Below are positions 1-8,910 of a DNA stretch of 43,534 nucleotides, in pieces; position 1 is the first letter of the stretch; every line of letters starts with the position of its first letter. Below the pieces are notes generated by a model. The model made no database searches and was not told the DNA's origin. It saw only the letters and a list, made by a program, of their open reading frames with translations. The DNA comes from a virus (taxonomy: Duplodnaviria > Caudoviricetes). The stretch spans positions 1 to 43,534 of IMG/VR virus record IMGVR_UViG_3300022670_000308; one strand, written 5' to 3'. The position numbers and the translations under genes were made by a program.

Positions 1-144
1 CTGCTTTATCGCCTGCCTTGTCCTTGCCAATAACTGCAGTCTTGACAATATCTTCTTGCCTTAGTAGCTCAGTCGATGCCCGGTCACTAAATTTAAGCGC
101 GGCCTGGGTGAGTGTAGGAGACTTAAAGTTGCTTGACCCTTCCC
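1..144. repeat. Terminal overlap, identical to 43391-43534 (circular assembly)
   Basis: Exact 144-nt duplication at both ends; the portal reading frame continues across the join. Confidence 0.97.
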
Positions 145-442
145 ATGGTGAAGACTTGGCGTTTTTCTCTGGTTTTATCAGTGTGCGGCCTACCTCAACG
201 AAACTATTCCACTCTTCCATCGAATCAAGGTCAGCATCAAAACCATTTTTAACATTGGCGCCAACTTCCATTAGCATGTCTTCTTCAAACATATCGGCAA
301 TGTTAGCCTTTGTAAGGAATATCGATCTTGTTCCGGTTTCCGTTTCGGTTGTCTTTACATCAAAGTAAGACGACAATAGTTTGACGCCATCTTGTGTGGT
401 TTCTTTTTCTTTTTCTATTATTTCTATTTGTGGATCAGCCAT
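1..442 (-). CDS. Portal protein, N-terminal part (continues from 43390 down to 41655; 725 aa in total)
   Basis: ATG at 442 (MADPQIEIIEK...PWEGSSNFKSPTLTQAALKF) is in frame with ORF 41655..43340 after circularisation; lies downstream of terL. Confidence 0.9.
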   Translation of the reverse strand, partial: MADPQIEIIEKEKETTQDGVKLLSSYFDVKTTETETGTRSIFLTKANIADMFEEDMLMEVGANVKNGFDADLDSMEEWNSFVEVGRTLIKPEKNAKSSPWEGSSNFKSPTLTQAALKFSDRASTELLRQEDIVKTAVIGKDKAGDKA

Positions 443-444
443 TG

Positions 445-657
445 TTAATTGCCTTGGTCTATATAATATTTTGGTTGTGGGTCCATTGGTTCTGACAGGT
501 GATCAGGGTTTGCTACATCACGCCATCCCATATCATCAAGCCATCCGATATAAATACCATTAATAGGGCACCTTAACAGCACATTCATTGGTGATGTTTT
601 ATCATCGTAACTTGATATACAATTCCACTTTAATAATTCGATCTTGCCTAATATCAT
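445..657 (-). CDS. Hypothetical protein (weakly DUF551-like) between terL and portal
   Basis: 70-aa ORF coupled to the terL stop; W...VLL...Y.G...W pattern. Confidence 0.55.
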   Translation of the reverse strand: MILGKIELLKWNCISSYDDKTSPMNVLLRCPINGIYIGWLDDMGWRDVANPDHLSEPMDPQPKYYIDQGN

Positions 658-2288
658 CAGTACCCCATCACACCAACGTCGTTAAAATCATCGCATTCAT
701 CGTCAAAATCTTCACTTGAGTTTACCACGTATCCGCCTACAAACCCAAGGGCCATGTATTGCTCAGCGTCGGCAGGGTGAGAGTATTTGTTTTTGTCTGG
801 CTTATCTTTAAATTTATCCTCTCCTGATACTTGCATCCGCTTGTATTGATAGCCACCGATTTTTCCTTTTCTAATCATAGGGCATTTACGGCTAACCAGA
901 TAACCAGGCTCGCCATCGACTAGTTTGATTATGTATGAGTTAACGGCATCTATACGCTTTGTCGGGTCGTTGGTTGGCGCTGACTCAGTCTCAAATCCCA
1001 GGTTTAGCGACTGGATAATGTCACCGTCTTCGTTGTCATCAATATAATCATCGTTAAGGATACCCATTGCGCTTTTGGCTTCTGCTTCGCCGCGACCTTT
1101 ACCAGCAGGATCGATATAACTGAACGCAACGTCGATGCCGTAAAAATTTCGCTGAAGGAATGGCTTGACTATGTCCCGGGCAAACTGCCTAACTCCCATA
1201 TCCTCACTAACCAACTCGGCAATCACTCGTAACTGGCCACGCTTAGTTTGCTGGCCAATGATGCACGAAGGAGTTAATCCGCCATCCCAACCAAGGCCAA
1301 TAGGTAAATCCTCGATAACACCTAGTGGTTTTTCAGGACAGTGTAAACGGTCATTGTATTGTGGGTAGACAGGCTTACCATCTTTAATGGTGCCGTAGTT
1401 ACCCATAACCATAACGTTTATGTGATCATCAGTATTACCGGCTAGCATGTCGCGATAGTATTTGTACCCACCTGGCAGGAATTTGATATTCTCTGCCTTT
1501 GGGTTGTTAATGTATTCGTCACCGTTTTTGATGAATGGCGATGGCCCACGAAAGAAACCGAATATTTCTTTAATTGCCCGCTTGGCTTCGGGTGAGTTAT
1601 TGGTACGCAAGTGACCATCCTCTGCCAGTTGATACCACCAGTGATCATCTTCTGGCGGGTTGGTATCCATCAACAATGCTTTGCGTGTGCAAGGTTTGGT
1701 TTTCTCTGTTCCGTCGGCGTTTAATGATACATTCCCGTCGGCGTCATATTCGCGTGGGGCTTTGTATGTTAGTTTACCTTGCTTGTATACGTCCTGATAT
1801 CCATCAATCTCAGAAGGGTACCGGCCTATTCTCTCCCTGGCGCCCTTGACTACGGCATAAGGTAATTCGCGGCTTTCATTCATGAATACGCCGGTAACCT
1901 CTAATGACAGGAGTTTTTTAACATCATCGGGCCTATCTAGGGCAAGGAATATAAACTTAGCCTCTACCCTTGTTCCGTCGGCTAATGGGTATGCCATGTT
2001 GCCGCGCATTGGCTTTAAGGTTACGCCGCACACATCAGGCGGGATCCATTGGACGAATGTTTGCAGGGTTGTGGTTTCTAGCATGTCGTAAGTGTTACGA
2101 ACTATTGCCCATTTGGTTTTGCGTATACCTTCGCTGTTTGGCTCTTGCAACACTGCTAGTCTGTGCATTTCGTTTATGCATGTCACTGACTTACCGTTAC
2201 CAACTGGGCCCAAGAAGCCGCGCACAACCTTATCGCATGCGTGAAACTTTGCGCCGGTTGTTGATGCTATGTAGTTAATTGTTGTCAT
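657..2288 (-). CDS. terL: Terminase large subunit
   Basis: Walker A GPVGNGKS, Walker B VFMNE, motif III DTNPP, nuclease motifs LGWDGG, YIDPAG and YSHPADAEQY. Confidence 0.95.
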   Translation of the reverse strand: MTTINYIASTTGAKFHACDKVVRGFLGPVGNGKSVTCINEMHRLAVLQEPNSEGIRKTKWAIVRNTYDMLETTTLQTFVQWIPPDVCGVTLKPMRGNMAYPLADGTRVEAKFIFLALDRPDDVKKLLSLEVTGVFMNESRELPYAVVKGARERIGRYPSEIDGYQDVYKQGKLTYKAPREYDADGNVSLNADGTEKTKPCTRKALLMDTNPPEDDHWWYQLAEDGHLRTNNSPEAKRAIKEIFGFFRGPSPFIKNGDEYINNPKAENIKFLPGGYKYYRDMLAGNTDDHINVMVMGNYGTIKDGKPVYPQYNDRLHCPEKPLGVIEDLPIGLGWDGGLTPSCIIGQQTKRGQLRVIAELVSEDMGVRQFARDIVKPFLQRNFYGIDVAFSYIDPAGKGRGEAEAKSAMGILNDDYIDDNEDGDIIQSLNLGFETESAPTNDPTKRIDAVNSYIIKLVDGEPGYLVSRKCPMIRKGKIGGYQYKRMQVSGEDKFKDKPDKNKYSHPADAEQYMALGFVGGYVVNSSEDFDDECDDFNDVGVMGY

Positions 2289-2622
2289 TTAATACAGCCT
2301 TACATTCCTTTGTAAATCTGCGGATCTTTTTCGCTTTCTTACCGGTGAAATCAGACTTAACCCCGATACAATAACTAAGTATTTTTTCTATTAAACCCCT
2401 CATACAGTTTGAAATATAGCGCCTGTCCACTCTTTGAATTACCAGATAGCGACCAAATGTAATATTATTAGTTTTCATCATAAAGGACGAGTGATTAAGG
2501 ATTCTAAACAGTTTTTCTTGTGGTTCCGTCCAAGAAATTCTTTCGTTAAAGTTATTAGCCATAACGTAAACAATAAAGTTATAATATGCATACTCCTGTT
2601 TGTTCATGTCGTTATTACTCAT
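2275..2622 (-). CDS. Hypothetical protein
   Basis: ORF overlapping the terL start; likely start MSNNDM. Confidence 0.55.
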   Translation of the reverse strand: MSNNDMNKQEYAYYNFIVYVMANNFNERISWTEPQEKLFRILNHSSFMMKTNNITFGRYLVIQRVDRRYISNCMRGLIEKILSYCIGVKSDFTGKKAKKIRRFTKECKAVLNDNN

Positions 2623-2707
2623 ACTTACCCACCTTTTGAAGTATATCAGCGCCATATTTGATACTTATTTGATGTTTGCTGAATGGTTATGCTGTTATTG
2701 TGAATAT

Positions 2708-2953
2708 CTATTTTTGAAACTCGTGTCTAGCATCCTGTATGAGTATCTCTATAGCATCAACAATGGCGTCATCCATAATAGGTGTTATTGCTTTTGAATA
2801 TCTCCTAGCTTCTCCATCTTCCAGCCAGCGCCATTCAAATACTAAATGCCCAACCATGCTATTGGTTATCGACGGAAAACACTCGTAAGGGTGGGCGCTT
2901 TGCATATCTTGAAGTATACCGAGGATATCTTTAATCATCTTTCTTAACTCCAA
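2708..2953 (-). CDS. Hypothetical protein
   Basis: ORF in the operon directly after terS. Confidence 0.55.
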   Translation of the reverse strand: MELRKMIKDILGILQDMQSAHPYECFPSITNSMVGHLVFEWRWLEDGEARRYSKAITPIMDDAIVDAIEILIQDARHEFQK

Positions 2954-3392
2954 ATTGCATATTAAACGTTACACCTTCACCTGGAACTATCTCTTGCTGG
3001 ATCTTATCACCGTACTTTTTAGGCTTCATCTTAGATGCTGCCCACTTTCTAGTGTCAACACGCAACCTGCTACGCTGTATAGATTCACCGTTAAGCCTAT
3101 ACCCTTCGTTATCCTCTCCGTTAGACTTCATCCAGTCATTAGTTGCGTTGTCTGCAATATCAACCATATCCTCGACAAAAGCTTCTGCTCTTTCTTCTGT
3201 TGCAATCGCGTATTGCGCCCTAAAGTCGTCTTTTTCTCTTAACCATCTAAACACTGTCGTCATAGCTGGTGTGGACTCATCTCGACACACTGACCGCATT
3301 GATTCTCCGTTAGCTAACCTTTCACATATGACATCTGCTAGCTCCACTGTGTAATCTGTGGGCCTCCCCTGTATGACCTTTTCTTTAGTCAT
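2931..3392 (-). CDS. terS: Terminase small subunit (Sf6-like)
   Basis: GRPTDYTVELADVICERLANGESMRSVC HTH and SRLRVDTRKWAASKMKPKKYGDK signature. Confidence 0.92.
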   Translation of the reverse strand: MTKEKVIQGRPTDYTVELADVICERLANGESMRSVCRDESTPAMTTVFRWLREKDDFRAQYAIATEERAEAFVEDMVDIADNATNDWMKSNGEDNEGYRLNGESIQRSRLRVDTRKWAASKMKPKKYGDKIQQEIVPGEGVTFNMQFGVKKDD

Positions 3393-3394
3393 GC

Positions 3395-3583
3395 TTACCT
3401 CTCTATTTTATTAACAGGCTTTGCTAGCCTATCGTATTCAGCTTTAGTTATTATAACCAATTCACGGCCTTTAATCACCTTACCGTTAGTTTCCAAAAAC
3501 TCAAGTAAAGCGCCGCCGGTTCTAGCTGACTCTAGTACACTGGCCCTATCTCTAGTTAGAGCGCTTGATTTATATGTTTTCAT
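3395..3583 (-). CDS. Small protein resembling a Phd/YefM antitoxin fold
   Basis: MKTYKSSALTRDRASVLESA...LVIITKAEYDRL follows the Phd/YefM pattern. Confidence 0.45.
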   Translation of the reverse strand: MKTYKSSALTRDRASVLESARTGGALLEFLETNGKVIKGRELVIITKAEYDRLAKPVNKIER

Positions 3584-3954
3584 AGCAACCCACCAAAAAT
3601 ATTACCGATATCCGACTGGCCAGAACCTATTAACATGCCTCTTTGATATTGTGCACTACCCATAGATGCTTGACCAAATAAATCATTGGATTTTCTAGCC
3701 CCTAACTGCGCACCCATCCTTGAAGCATTAATCGCCTGCGCCTGAAGCATAGCTAATTGGTTCTGAGAAACCCATGGTATATCAACTCTAAACCTTGAGT
3801 TATCCACCTTTTTATCAATAACCATTTTAATCTTGATATGTGGCTTTTTTGCATACATGCTTATATTGCGCTTTGGGTTTAAACCAAAGAATTTAAACTG
3901 TTCACTTCTTCTTTTTAACTTATCTTTGTAAAATGCTTCCCTTAGCTTAATCAT
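3580..3954 (-). CDS. Hypothetical protein
   Basis: 124-aa ORF with GAGG RBS, coupled to the next gene. Confidence 0.6.
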   Translation of the reverse strand: MIKLREAFYKDKLKRRSEQFKFFGLNPKRNISMYAKKPHIKIKMVIDKKVDNSRFRVDIPWVSQNQLAMLQAQAINASRMGAQLGARKSNDLFGQASMGSAQYQRGMLIGSGQSDIGNIFGGLL

Positions 3955-4013
3955 TTCCTATCCTCTTCTATAACGACCTCAAAAACAATCATGAAGCCGC
4001 TACATTCTAAACA

Positions 4014-4520
4014 TTAAATGGCAACTAACCTTCTTCCGTTAGATTTGTCACCGTCGATTAACTCGATTTTAACCCCAAGTGCAAATGCTAATGCCTCTGA
4101 AACGTTATCACCTTGCTGAGTGGTTACCTGAACAATACAGCCAACGCCATCAATCTGCATTGCTTTTGTAGATTTCATCCATCCTTCATTGGCACTTGAT
4201 GCCTTACATATTAACTGGAATGAATCCCCGTTGCCGAATACCTGAATATCTTTAACGTTCTTGCGCGCTCCGATAACGGTTGAATTATGCAAGGTTTTAC
4301 CCTCACATCCCCCGCCAGCTCTTGATGGTACGTAACTATTGTCAAAAAACGCCTTAGCCACATACCACTTATCATTATGATTATCAGGGTTACGCGCAAT
4401 CATCCCGCCTAACTCTGGTACGTCTTGGTCGGATACACTTACACCGCTTAAATCTTCACCCGGTACGTATGGGCGCATTGGTTGTACTGCTGGTTTTATA
4501 TAGTCTTTGTATTCACTCAT
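4014..4520 (-). CDS. Hypothetical phage protein, possibly two domains
   Basis: 168-aa ORF with RBS; GGG linker separates an N-terminal ~65-aa and a C-terminal ~95-aa part. Confidence 0.7.
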   Translation of the reverse strand: MSEYKDYIKPAVQPMRPYVPGEDLSGVSVSDQDVPELGGMIARNPDNHNDKWYVAKAFFDNSYVPSRAGGGCEGKTLHNSTVIGARKNVKDIQVFGNGDSFQLICKASSANEGWMKSTKAMQIDGVGCIVQVTTQQGDNVSEALAFALGVKIELIDGDKSNGRRLVAI

Positions 4521-4557
4521 TTTAATTATCTCTATTGATTGGTTAAAATTCTTTATT

Positions 4558-4999
4558 TTAATCTTCTATAAACGCATTACTATCAATATCAAATACCCAA
4601 ACCTTGCCGCCTGAGTTGAAGTCTTTAGTTATTGCGTACTCTACTGCCTCCCTGGCTGACTTACCAAAGTCTAAAGCTGCCATAGCAAAATCACCACCTG
4701 ACCCAATGCCCTGGTTAAATTGCATCAAACAGCTACGAAACCCACCTTCATCTATGGTTGTAATGTAAACTGCCCTGTCGTCAATAAATAAACCTACGTT
4801 ATCCAGTCCCTCGCTAGCCGATTCGAGCTCCTTAAAATTATTCATAAAGGTTTCCGTCTCGCCTGCCCTGCCCGCCAAGAACCATTTTAAACCATCCTTT
4901 TCCATGTGTTTTATTGCGCTATCAGTTAATATCATCCATCCATTACTTGTTCTGCTATCGAAGGCTATTTGTCTTATGGCAATAAACTATTGTTGTCAT
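4558..4999 (-). pseudogene. Frameshifted Ntn-hydrolase (HslV/proteasome-beta-like), paralog of 6573..7040
   Basis: ATG at 4999 reads MTTIVYCHK and shifts frame near 4972 into QIAFDSR...GSGGDFAMAALDFG...AVEYAITKD. Confidence 0.75.
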
Positions 5000-5016
5000 T
5001 TGTAACCTATTTATTA

Positions 5017-5032
5017 TATGAACTAGTTCATA
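5017..5032. promoter_or_regulatory. Perfect 16-bp palindrome TATGAACTAGTTCATA, candidate operator
   Basis: Lies between a TTGAAT-N16-TATGCT minus-strand promoter-like site and the ATG at 4999. Confidence 0.45.
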
Positions 5033-5112
5033 AAGCATAACATAAAAATAAGCACATTCAACACTTAGTGCGCTTACTGGGTTGTTTTCTCTTACCGCGC
5101 AGGGGTGGTGAT

Positions 5113-5364
5113 CTACGAATCATCTTTATTAGCCTTGCTTGCTTCGTACTCTTCGTTTTCTCGACGTATCTTTTTGAAGTTTTCTATGTGCAATCGAATA
5201 AGGACAACAACCAAAATAAAACCAGCAATGCCAGCTCCTGCATCTAGCAACCAGCTCCCCCACTCTAACCACCATATCTGAAATATAGAAGGAGCAGCAA
5301 CCAAGGCGGCAACTTTTGGGTTACTCAGAATCGCTGTTGTCGTCTCTTTTATTCCGTCGCTCAT
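5113..5364 (-). CDS. Putative holin
   Basis: 83 aa, two hydrophobic segments, charged C-terminus, near the endolysin. Confidence 0.55.
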   Translation of the reverse strand: MSDGIKETTTAILSNPKVAALVAAPSIFQIWWLEWGSWLLDAGAGIAGFILVVVLIRLHIENFKKIRRENEEYEASKANKDDS

Positions 5365-5846
5365 TGGCCCGCCTCTTTTTCGAATAGCGGAAACTCATGA
5401 TCTTGTTTAAAGCTATCAAAATTAAGAATGCGAACCAGAGCGCGTCCACGAGTTCCTTTAAGTGTGATAGCATCTGTCATTACCCTAGCGCCAAGCAATA
5501 GCACTTGCAGAATGGTTATTGTTACAGCGAGTGTATCATATAACACAGGTGAGTAATAATGGACATACATCACTCGACCAATAAAGCACAGTGGTATGAA
5601 TGCGAATGACAATAGAGCAAATACGCGATATCTATCATATACCAAATAAGCTATGCACGTATTCATCAGTGCCGTTAGGTGATAAAAGTAATCATCTGAA
5701 ACGCCATTAAACCCAGCAAAACCATCAAGCCCGGCAATAAATAAAACGTAAATTGTGTAAGATATAAATGACACTCTTCCTACTGCTTTGTGATTATAAC
5801 TAAAGCAAATAAAAAGAAAGAATGCCAAAACAAATAAATTAAACAT
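5361..5846 (-). CDS. Multi-pass membrane protein
   Basis: About five hydrophobic segments. Confidence 0.7.
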   Translation of the reverse strand: MFNLFVLAFFLFICFSYNHKAVGRVSFISYTIYVLFIAGLDGFAGFNGVSDDYFYHLTALMNTCIAYLVYDRYRVFALLSFAFIPLCFIGRVMYVHYYSPVLYDTLAVTITILQVLLLGARVMTDAITLKGTRGRALVRILNFDSFKQDHEFPLFEKEAGQ

Positions 5847-5849
5847 TAA

Positions 5850-5951
5850 TTATTTGCTAGCATTTTTCTTGGCCTTTTTAGCCTTTTCTCTGGCTTTCTG
5901 CGCCGCTGTCGGTGGTGGTGGTCGCTTTCTTCCGTCATTTCCGCCTGGCAT
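5850..5951 (-). CDS. 33-aa basic peptide (MPGGNDGRKRPPPPTAAQKAREKAKKAKKNASK)
   Basis: Fills the gap between neighbouring same-strand genes almost exactly; below the ORF-track cutoff. Confidence 0.5.
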   Translation of the reverse strand: MPGGNDGRKRPPPPTAAQKAREKAKKAKKNASK

Positions 5952-5955
5952 ATTT

Positions 5956-6147
5956 TTAATTTCCGTAGTTAGTTAAAGTTTGATTGACATTAATTGTATC
6001 ACCAATCTGTTTATATTGCATTTCTGCGTTTTTGTATATCATTCCATACGAATTCCAGATACATGCACACACCACCACACATAACACCAGGCCTCGGCAG
6101 AATGAGTCGAATAACGGTTCTATCCTTCTTGGTGTGTATGTTTTCAT
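5956..6147 (-). CDS. Small single-TM protein
   Basis: Coupled to the endolysin stop; one hydrophobic segment. Confidence 0.5.
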   Translation of the reverse strand: MKTYTPRRIEPLFDSFCRGLVLCVVVCACIWNSYGMIYKNAEMQYKQIGDTINVNQTLTNYGN

Positions 6148-6527
6148 TAGGTGTAACTCCAGCTAACAACGCGATTACTATCAACCTCACGCCAACCCAT
6201 ATGTATAAAGCCAGCACCAACAGCTACGGCAGTGGCACCATGACGACCAGCCAATACCAACAGTTGATTACGCTGCACCACGCCCTTGTAACGAATATCT
6301 ACAGCTACACAATTCTGATGATCTGCAGGTTTTAACCGGTGTATTTCGTTAGGGTGAAATTTACAACGACCACCAGAGGTTATTGTCATAGGCCCAAAGT
6401 CATCACGTACAAGCTGAACCCGATCTAAAACCCATTGCTTAACGCTTCGGTGATCACACTTGTCATGGCCGCATGTGCAAATTAACTTAGGATCTGTTTT
6501 TGGTTTGAAGTTTTTAGTTTTTATCAT
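6147..6527 (-). CDS. Endolysin, peptidase M15A family (Zn D-Ala-D-Ala type)
   Basis: CTCG, ITSGGRC..H, ADH...AVDI and FIHMG motifs. Confidence 0.85.
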   Translation of the reverse strand: MIKTKNFKPKTDPKLICTCGHDKCDHRSVKQWVLDRVQLVRDDFGPMTITSGGRCKFHPNEIHRLKPADHQNCVAVDIRYKGVVQRNQLLVLAGRHGATAVAVGAGFIHMGWREVDSNRVVSWSYT

Positions 6528-6572
6528 TATTCATTCACCTTGTTTGTTGTCTTGTTGGATGGCTAATAATGA

Positions 6573-7040
6573 TTACTCATTAGTTATAAATTTAGCGGTA
6601 GCGATATCGTAAACATGGACCTTTCCGCCAGAATAGCAATCCTTGGTTATCGCATATTCAACAGCTTCTTTTGCTGTGCAGCCAAAATCTAGCGCGGCCA
6701 ACGCCCAACTATCACCGCTCCCTTGTGCGTAATTATGGTCAGTTATACATTCTGCATAAGTATTATCACTGTCTTTTATTGCCATATAAACACCGCCAAC
6801 ACAATCGCCCTCAGTAATTACAAATATGCATGATACGTCCATATTTTCATTAGCTGAAGTCAGTGGCTTATAGTGTTTTATGAAAGTATCTGCATCGCCA
6901 ACCCTGCCAGAAATAAACCAAAGTTTATCACCTACCTGTCTATATTTTATAGATTCATCATCAATTATAGTTCCGCTGATTGTGCTGCGGCTATCACATG
7001 CTATTTGTTTGTTCTTATGATCATAAACTATTGTTGTCAT
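6573..7040 (-). CDS. Ntn-hydrolase, HslV/proteasome-beta-like peptidase
   Basis: N-terminal (M)TTIV, ACDSR, GSG and D.YSGG motifs. Confidence 0.8.
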   Translation of the reverse strand: MTTIVYDHKNKQIACDSRSTISGTIIDDESIKYRQVGDKLWFISGRVGDADTFIKHYKPLTSANENMDVSCIFVITEGDCVGGVYMAIKDSDNTYAECITDHNYAQGSGDSWALAALDFGCTAKEAVEYAITKDCYSGGKVHVYDIATAKFITNE

Positions 7041-7243
7041 TATTGAGCCCCTTTTGCTGCTGTTATTTCCGTTTCGGTTGCAAGCCTAAAATCATCAGGG
7101 TTTGTTGCATCAAGGTAGCTAAATGGTTGAGGGTGATCTGTGTCGTAATCAAACACTGGCGAACAACCCTTTTTATTACCTACACCAAAAACCCAATCAC
7201 CTTCTTTGAACTTTTCTTTAACTTCTTTATATTTATTTTGCAT
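7040..7243 (-). CDS. Hypothetical protein
   Basis: Coupled ORF ending in FRLATETEI. Confidence 0.6.
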   Translation of the reverse strand: MQNKYKEVKEKFKEGDWVFGVGNKKGCSPVFDYDTDHPQPFSYLDATNPDDFRLATETEITAAKGAQ

Positions 7244-7326
7244 TTTACGCCCTTAATTGTTTATTACCCCCTTAGGGGTGTTATAGATAGCTAAAGCCTG
7301 ATCAATGCCGTCCCTGGCTTACCCGA

Positions 7327-7626
7327 CTACCCTTTTACATCTTTTATAATCTGGTGTATGGCTGCTGCCTTTGGTGATACTAAGTCACCGGCGTTAAACA
7401 TAAACAAAACAAACGCCACAATACACAAAACGATCCTTAACGCAAAAGCTCCTTCATCATCCATAAACTCAGGCTTTTTAAACTTTAACGCAAGCGTAGC
7501 CAACAACACAGCTGCGACTAAATACACCAGCGATACCCATACAAAATAATGCGTGTATTCAGTTAGAGCAACACTAGCACTTGAGCTTAAAGCTTCTATT
7601 AATTTATTTGCAATTTGTTCATTCAT
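7327..7626 (-). CDS. Two-TM membrane protein
   Basis: Two hydrophobic segments, RBS present. Confidence 0.65.
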   Translation of the reverse strand: MNEQIANKLIEALSSSASVALTEYTHYFVWVSLVYLVAAVLLATLALKFKKPEFMDDEGAFALRIVLCIVAFVLFMFNAGDLVSPKAAAIHQIIKDVKG

Positions 7627-7729
7627 TTTATTTACCCTTTATTTAAAGTTAATGGTCACTAGATAGGCCTTAGGATGAACCCTGTACTATCTTTGTTTTA
7701 TTCTCACGTTATACAATTAATTATATCAG

Positions 7730-8155
7730 TTAATCTTCTTCATCAACCCAATCATCAGGATCAACAAGGTTTGTGTATTTTTCTATTTTTCCATCGCCGC
7801 CGACATTAAAAATTATATAGTCACCATATCCGATGTCACCATGACACAACCCATTAGGCACATAGTTATTATCAATTGAAGCAAGGATATCCATATTCTT
7901 ATCTAATAAATAATAACTGCCTGTATCGCAAATCTTAAAATAAAACTTAGCGACCATGTCATCTGGCCAAGCAACAACAGTACCATTGTCTATGTCAATC
8001 ACGGGTGCCCAGAAATCACCACACCTAAAAGGCACTTTAGATCCTGACTCGTCAATTTTCCCGTTTATTTCTGCACCAGACCAGCGACGAACATTTGCAG
8101 AAACTCTTAGGAATCTAGCTTCGCATTCTTTTTTTTCTGTTAATTCTATTTTCAT
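7730..8155 (-). CDS. Hypothetical phage protein
   Basis: 141-aa ORF with RBS, directly downstream of ncRNA copy 1. Confidence 0.75.
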   Translation of the reverse strand: MKIELTEKKECEARFLRVSANVRRWSGAEINGKIDESGSKVPFRCGDFWAPVIDIDNGTVVAWPDDMVAKFYFKICDTGSYYLLDKNMDILASIDNNYVPNGLCHGDIGYGDYIIFNVGGDGKIEKYTNLVDPDDWVDEED

Positions 8156-8190
8156 TGTTGAACCCTTAAATTTATTGAATAGTTATCATA

Positions 8191-8417
8191 TGACCGTTAC
8201 TTCAAGGAGGCAGTCCCTTTAATAATCTCTTGCTCAGTAATGCATAACAGTAATCAGTTAGCCTATTTACTCCTTGTTGGTGGCTCAGACCAATATACCT
8301 TGAAGAACGATCTGTTTATCCGCGGTCAAACGTAATCATGCATTAATTTGTACGATATTTGCTAATTTAAACTCAGCTGGTTTGCGGTTGTTTTACGATA
8401 ATGCCGGGAATATCGGC
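8191..8417 (-). ncRNA. Unidentified structured RNA, copy 1
   Basis: Block-wise homology with 15551-15780, frame-breaking indels and compensatory substitutions. Confidence 0.75.
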
Positions 8418-8426
8418 AGTTTGATA

Positions 8427-8546
8427 AGTCTGTTTAGTTGAATGAGTTAGCTGGATAACCTTTACCAAGGTTAGAAGCCGTGGTTTCAACGGATTAAAGG
8501 CTGACGCCAACATCTATTTTCTACTAACTCATTCACTAAACAGACT
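8427..8546 (-). ncRNA. Stem-closed RNA module (23-bp stem with two internal hairpins)
   Basis: Inverted repeat 8427-8450 / 8524-8546. Confidence 0.5.
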
Positions 8547-8558
8547 GTTAGTGTGTAT

Positions 8559-8666
8559 TGGTCTGAGCACTGGGACTCGAACCCAGACGGTAAGCTTGTC
8601 AATTGCTGCCTACCAAGCCAACGGTTGCGACCCGTACACTGCGGCTACCAATTACGCCATACTCAG
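8559..8666 (-). tRNA. Atypical 108-nt tRNA-like RNA (apparent anticodon CGC, extended anticodon arm, long variable arm)
   Basis: Acceptor CTGAGTA/TGCTCAG plus A-CCA; D arm GCG-TAATTGGTAGC-CGC; T arm CTGGG-TTCGAGT-CCCAG. Confidence 0.75.
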
Positions 8667-8766
8667 AACAATACACACTAGAGGGCTGTTGAAAGGGGTT
8701 GTGCCTGGCGGTTACTTCTAAACCGCAGTTTTTTGTAATATTATAAGCTACGCACATTACAAGCAC

Positions 8767-8910
8767 AAAAAAAGGCTAATTGTATAAAGCCCTAAACATT
8801 TCAGGATGGTAGAAAACGGTGGAGTTTTTAAACCCTACGCGCCTAAGACCTTATACAAATAACCTTTAATGTTTTCTACCGTTTCAACAGTCTCCACAAA
8901 CTGCATTTTA
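8767..8910 (-). promoter_or_regulatory. Structured leader/attenuator A ending in a U-tract terminator
   Basis: TAAAAT -10; 5' GTGGAG and GGTAGAAAAC are complementary to the loop of the downstream long hairpin, which is followed by T7. Confidence 0.6.

Noticed and set aside
4014-4520. Possible anti-defence nucleotide sponge (Tad/Acb type)
   Set aside because: No diagnostic motif is recognisable by eye; a profile or structure search would be needed.
8191-8417. Duplicated element as an RNase P RNA or group I intron (plus-strand GGAGGCAGTCC and AATATCGGC resemble conserved motifs)
   Set aside because: The P4 or P7 pairings cannot be formed, no gene is interrupted, and G-U pairing and gene context point to the minus strand.
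8559-8666. tRNA-like RNA as a functional tRNA-Ala, tRNA-Sec or tmRNA
   Set aside because: It has no G3-U70 pair, no UCA anticodon or 8-bp acceptor stem, and no tag-reading region.
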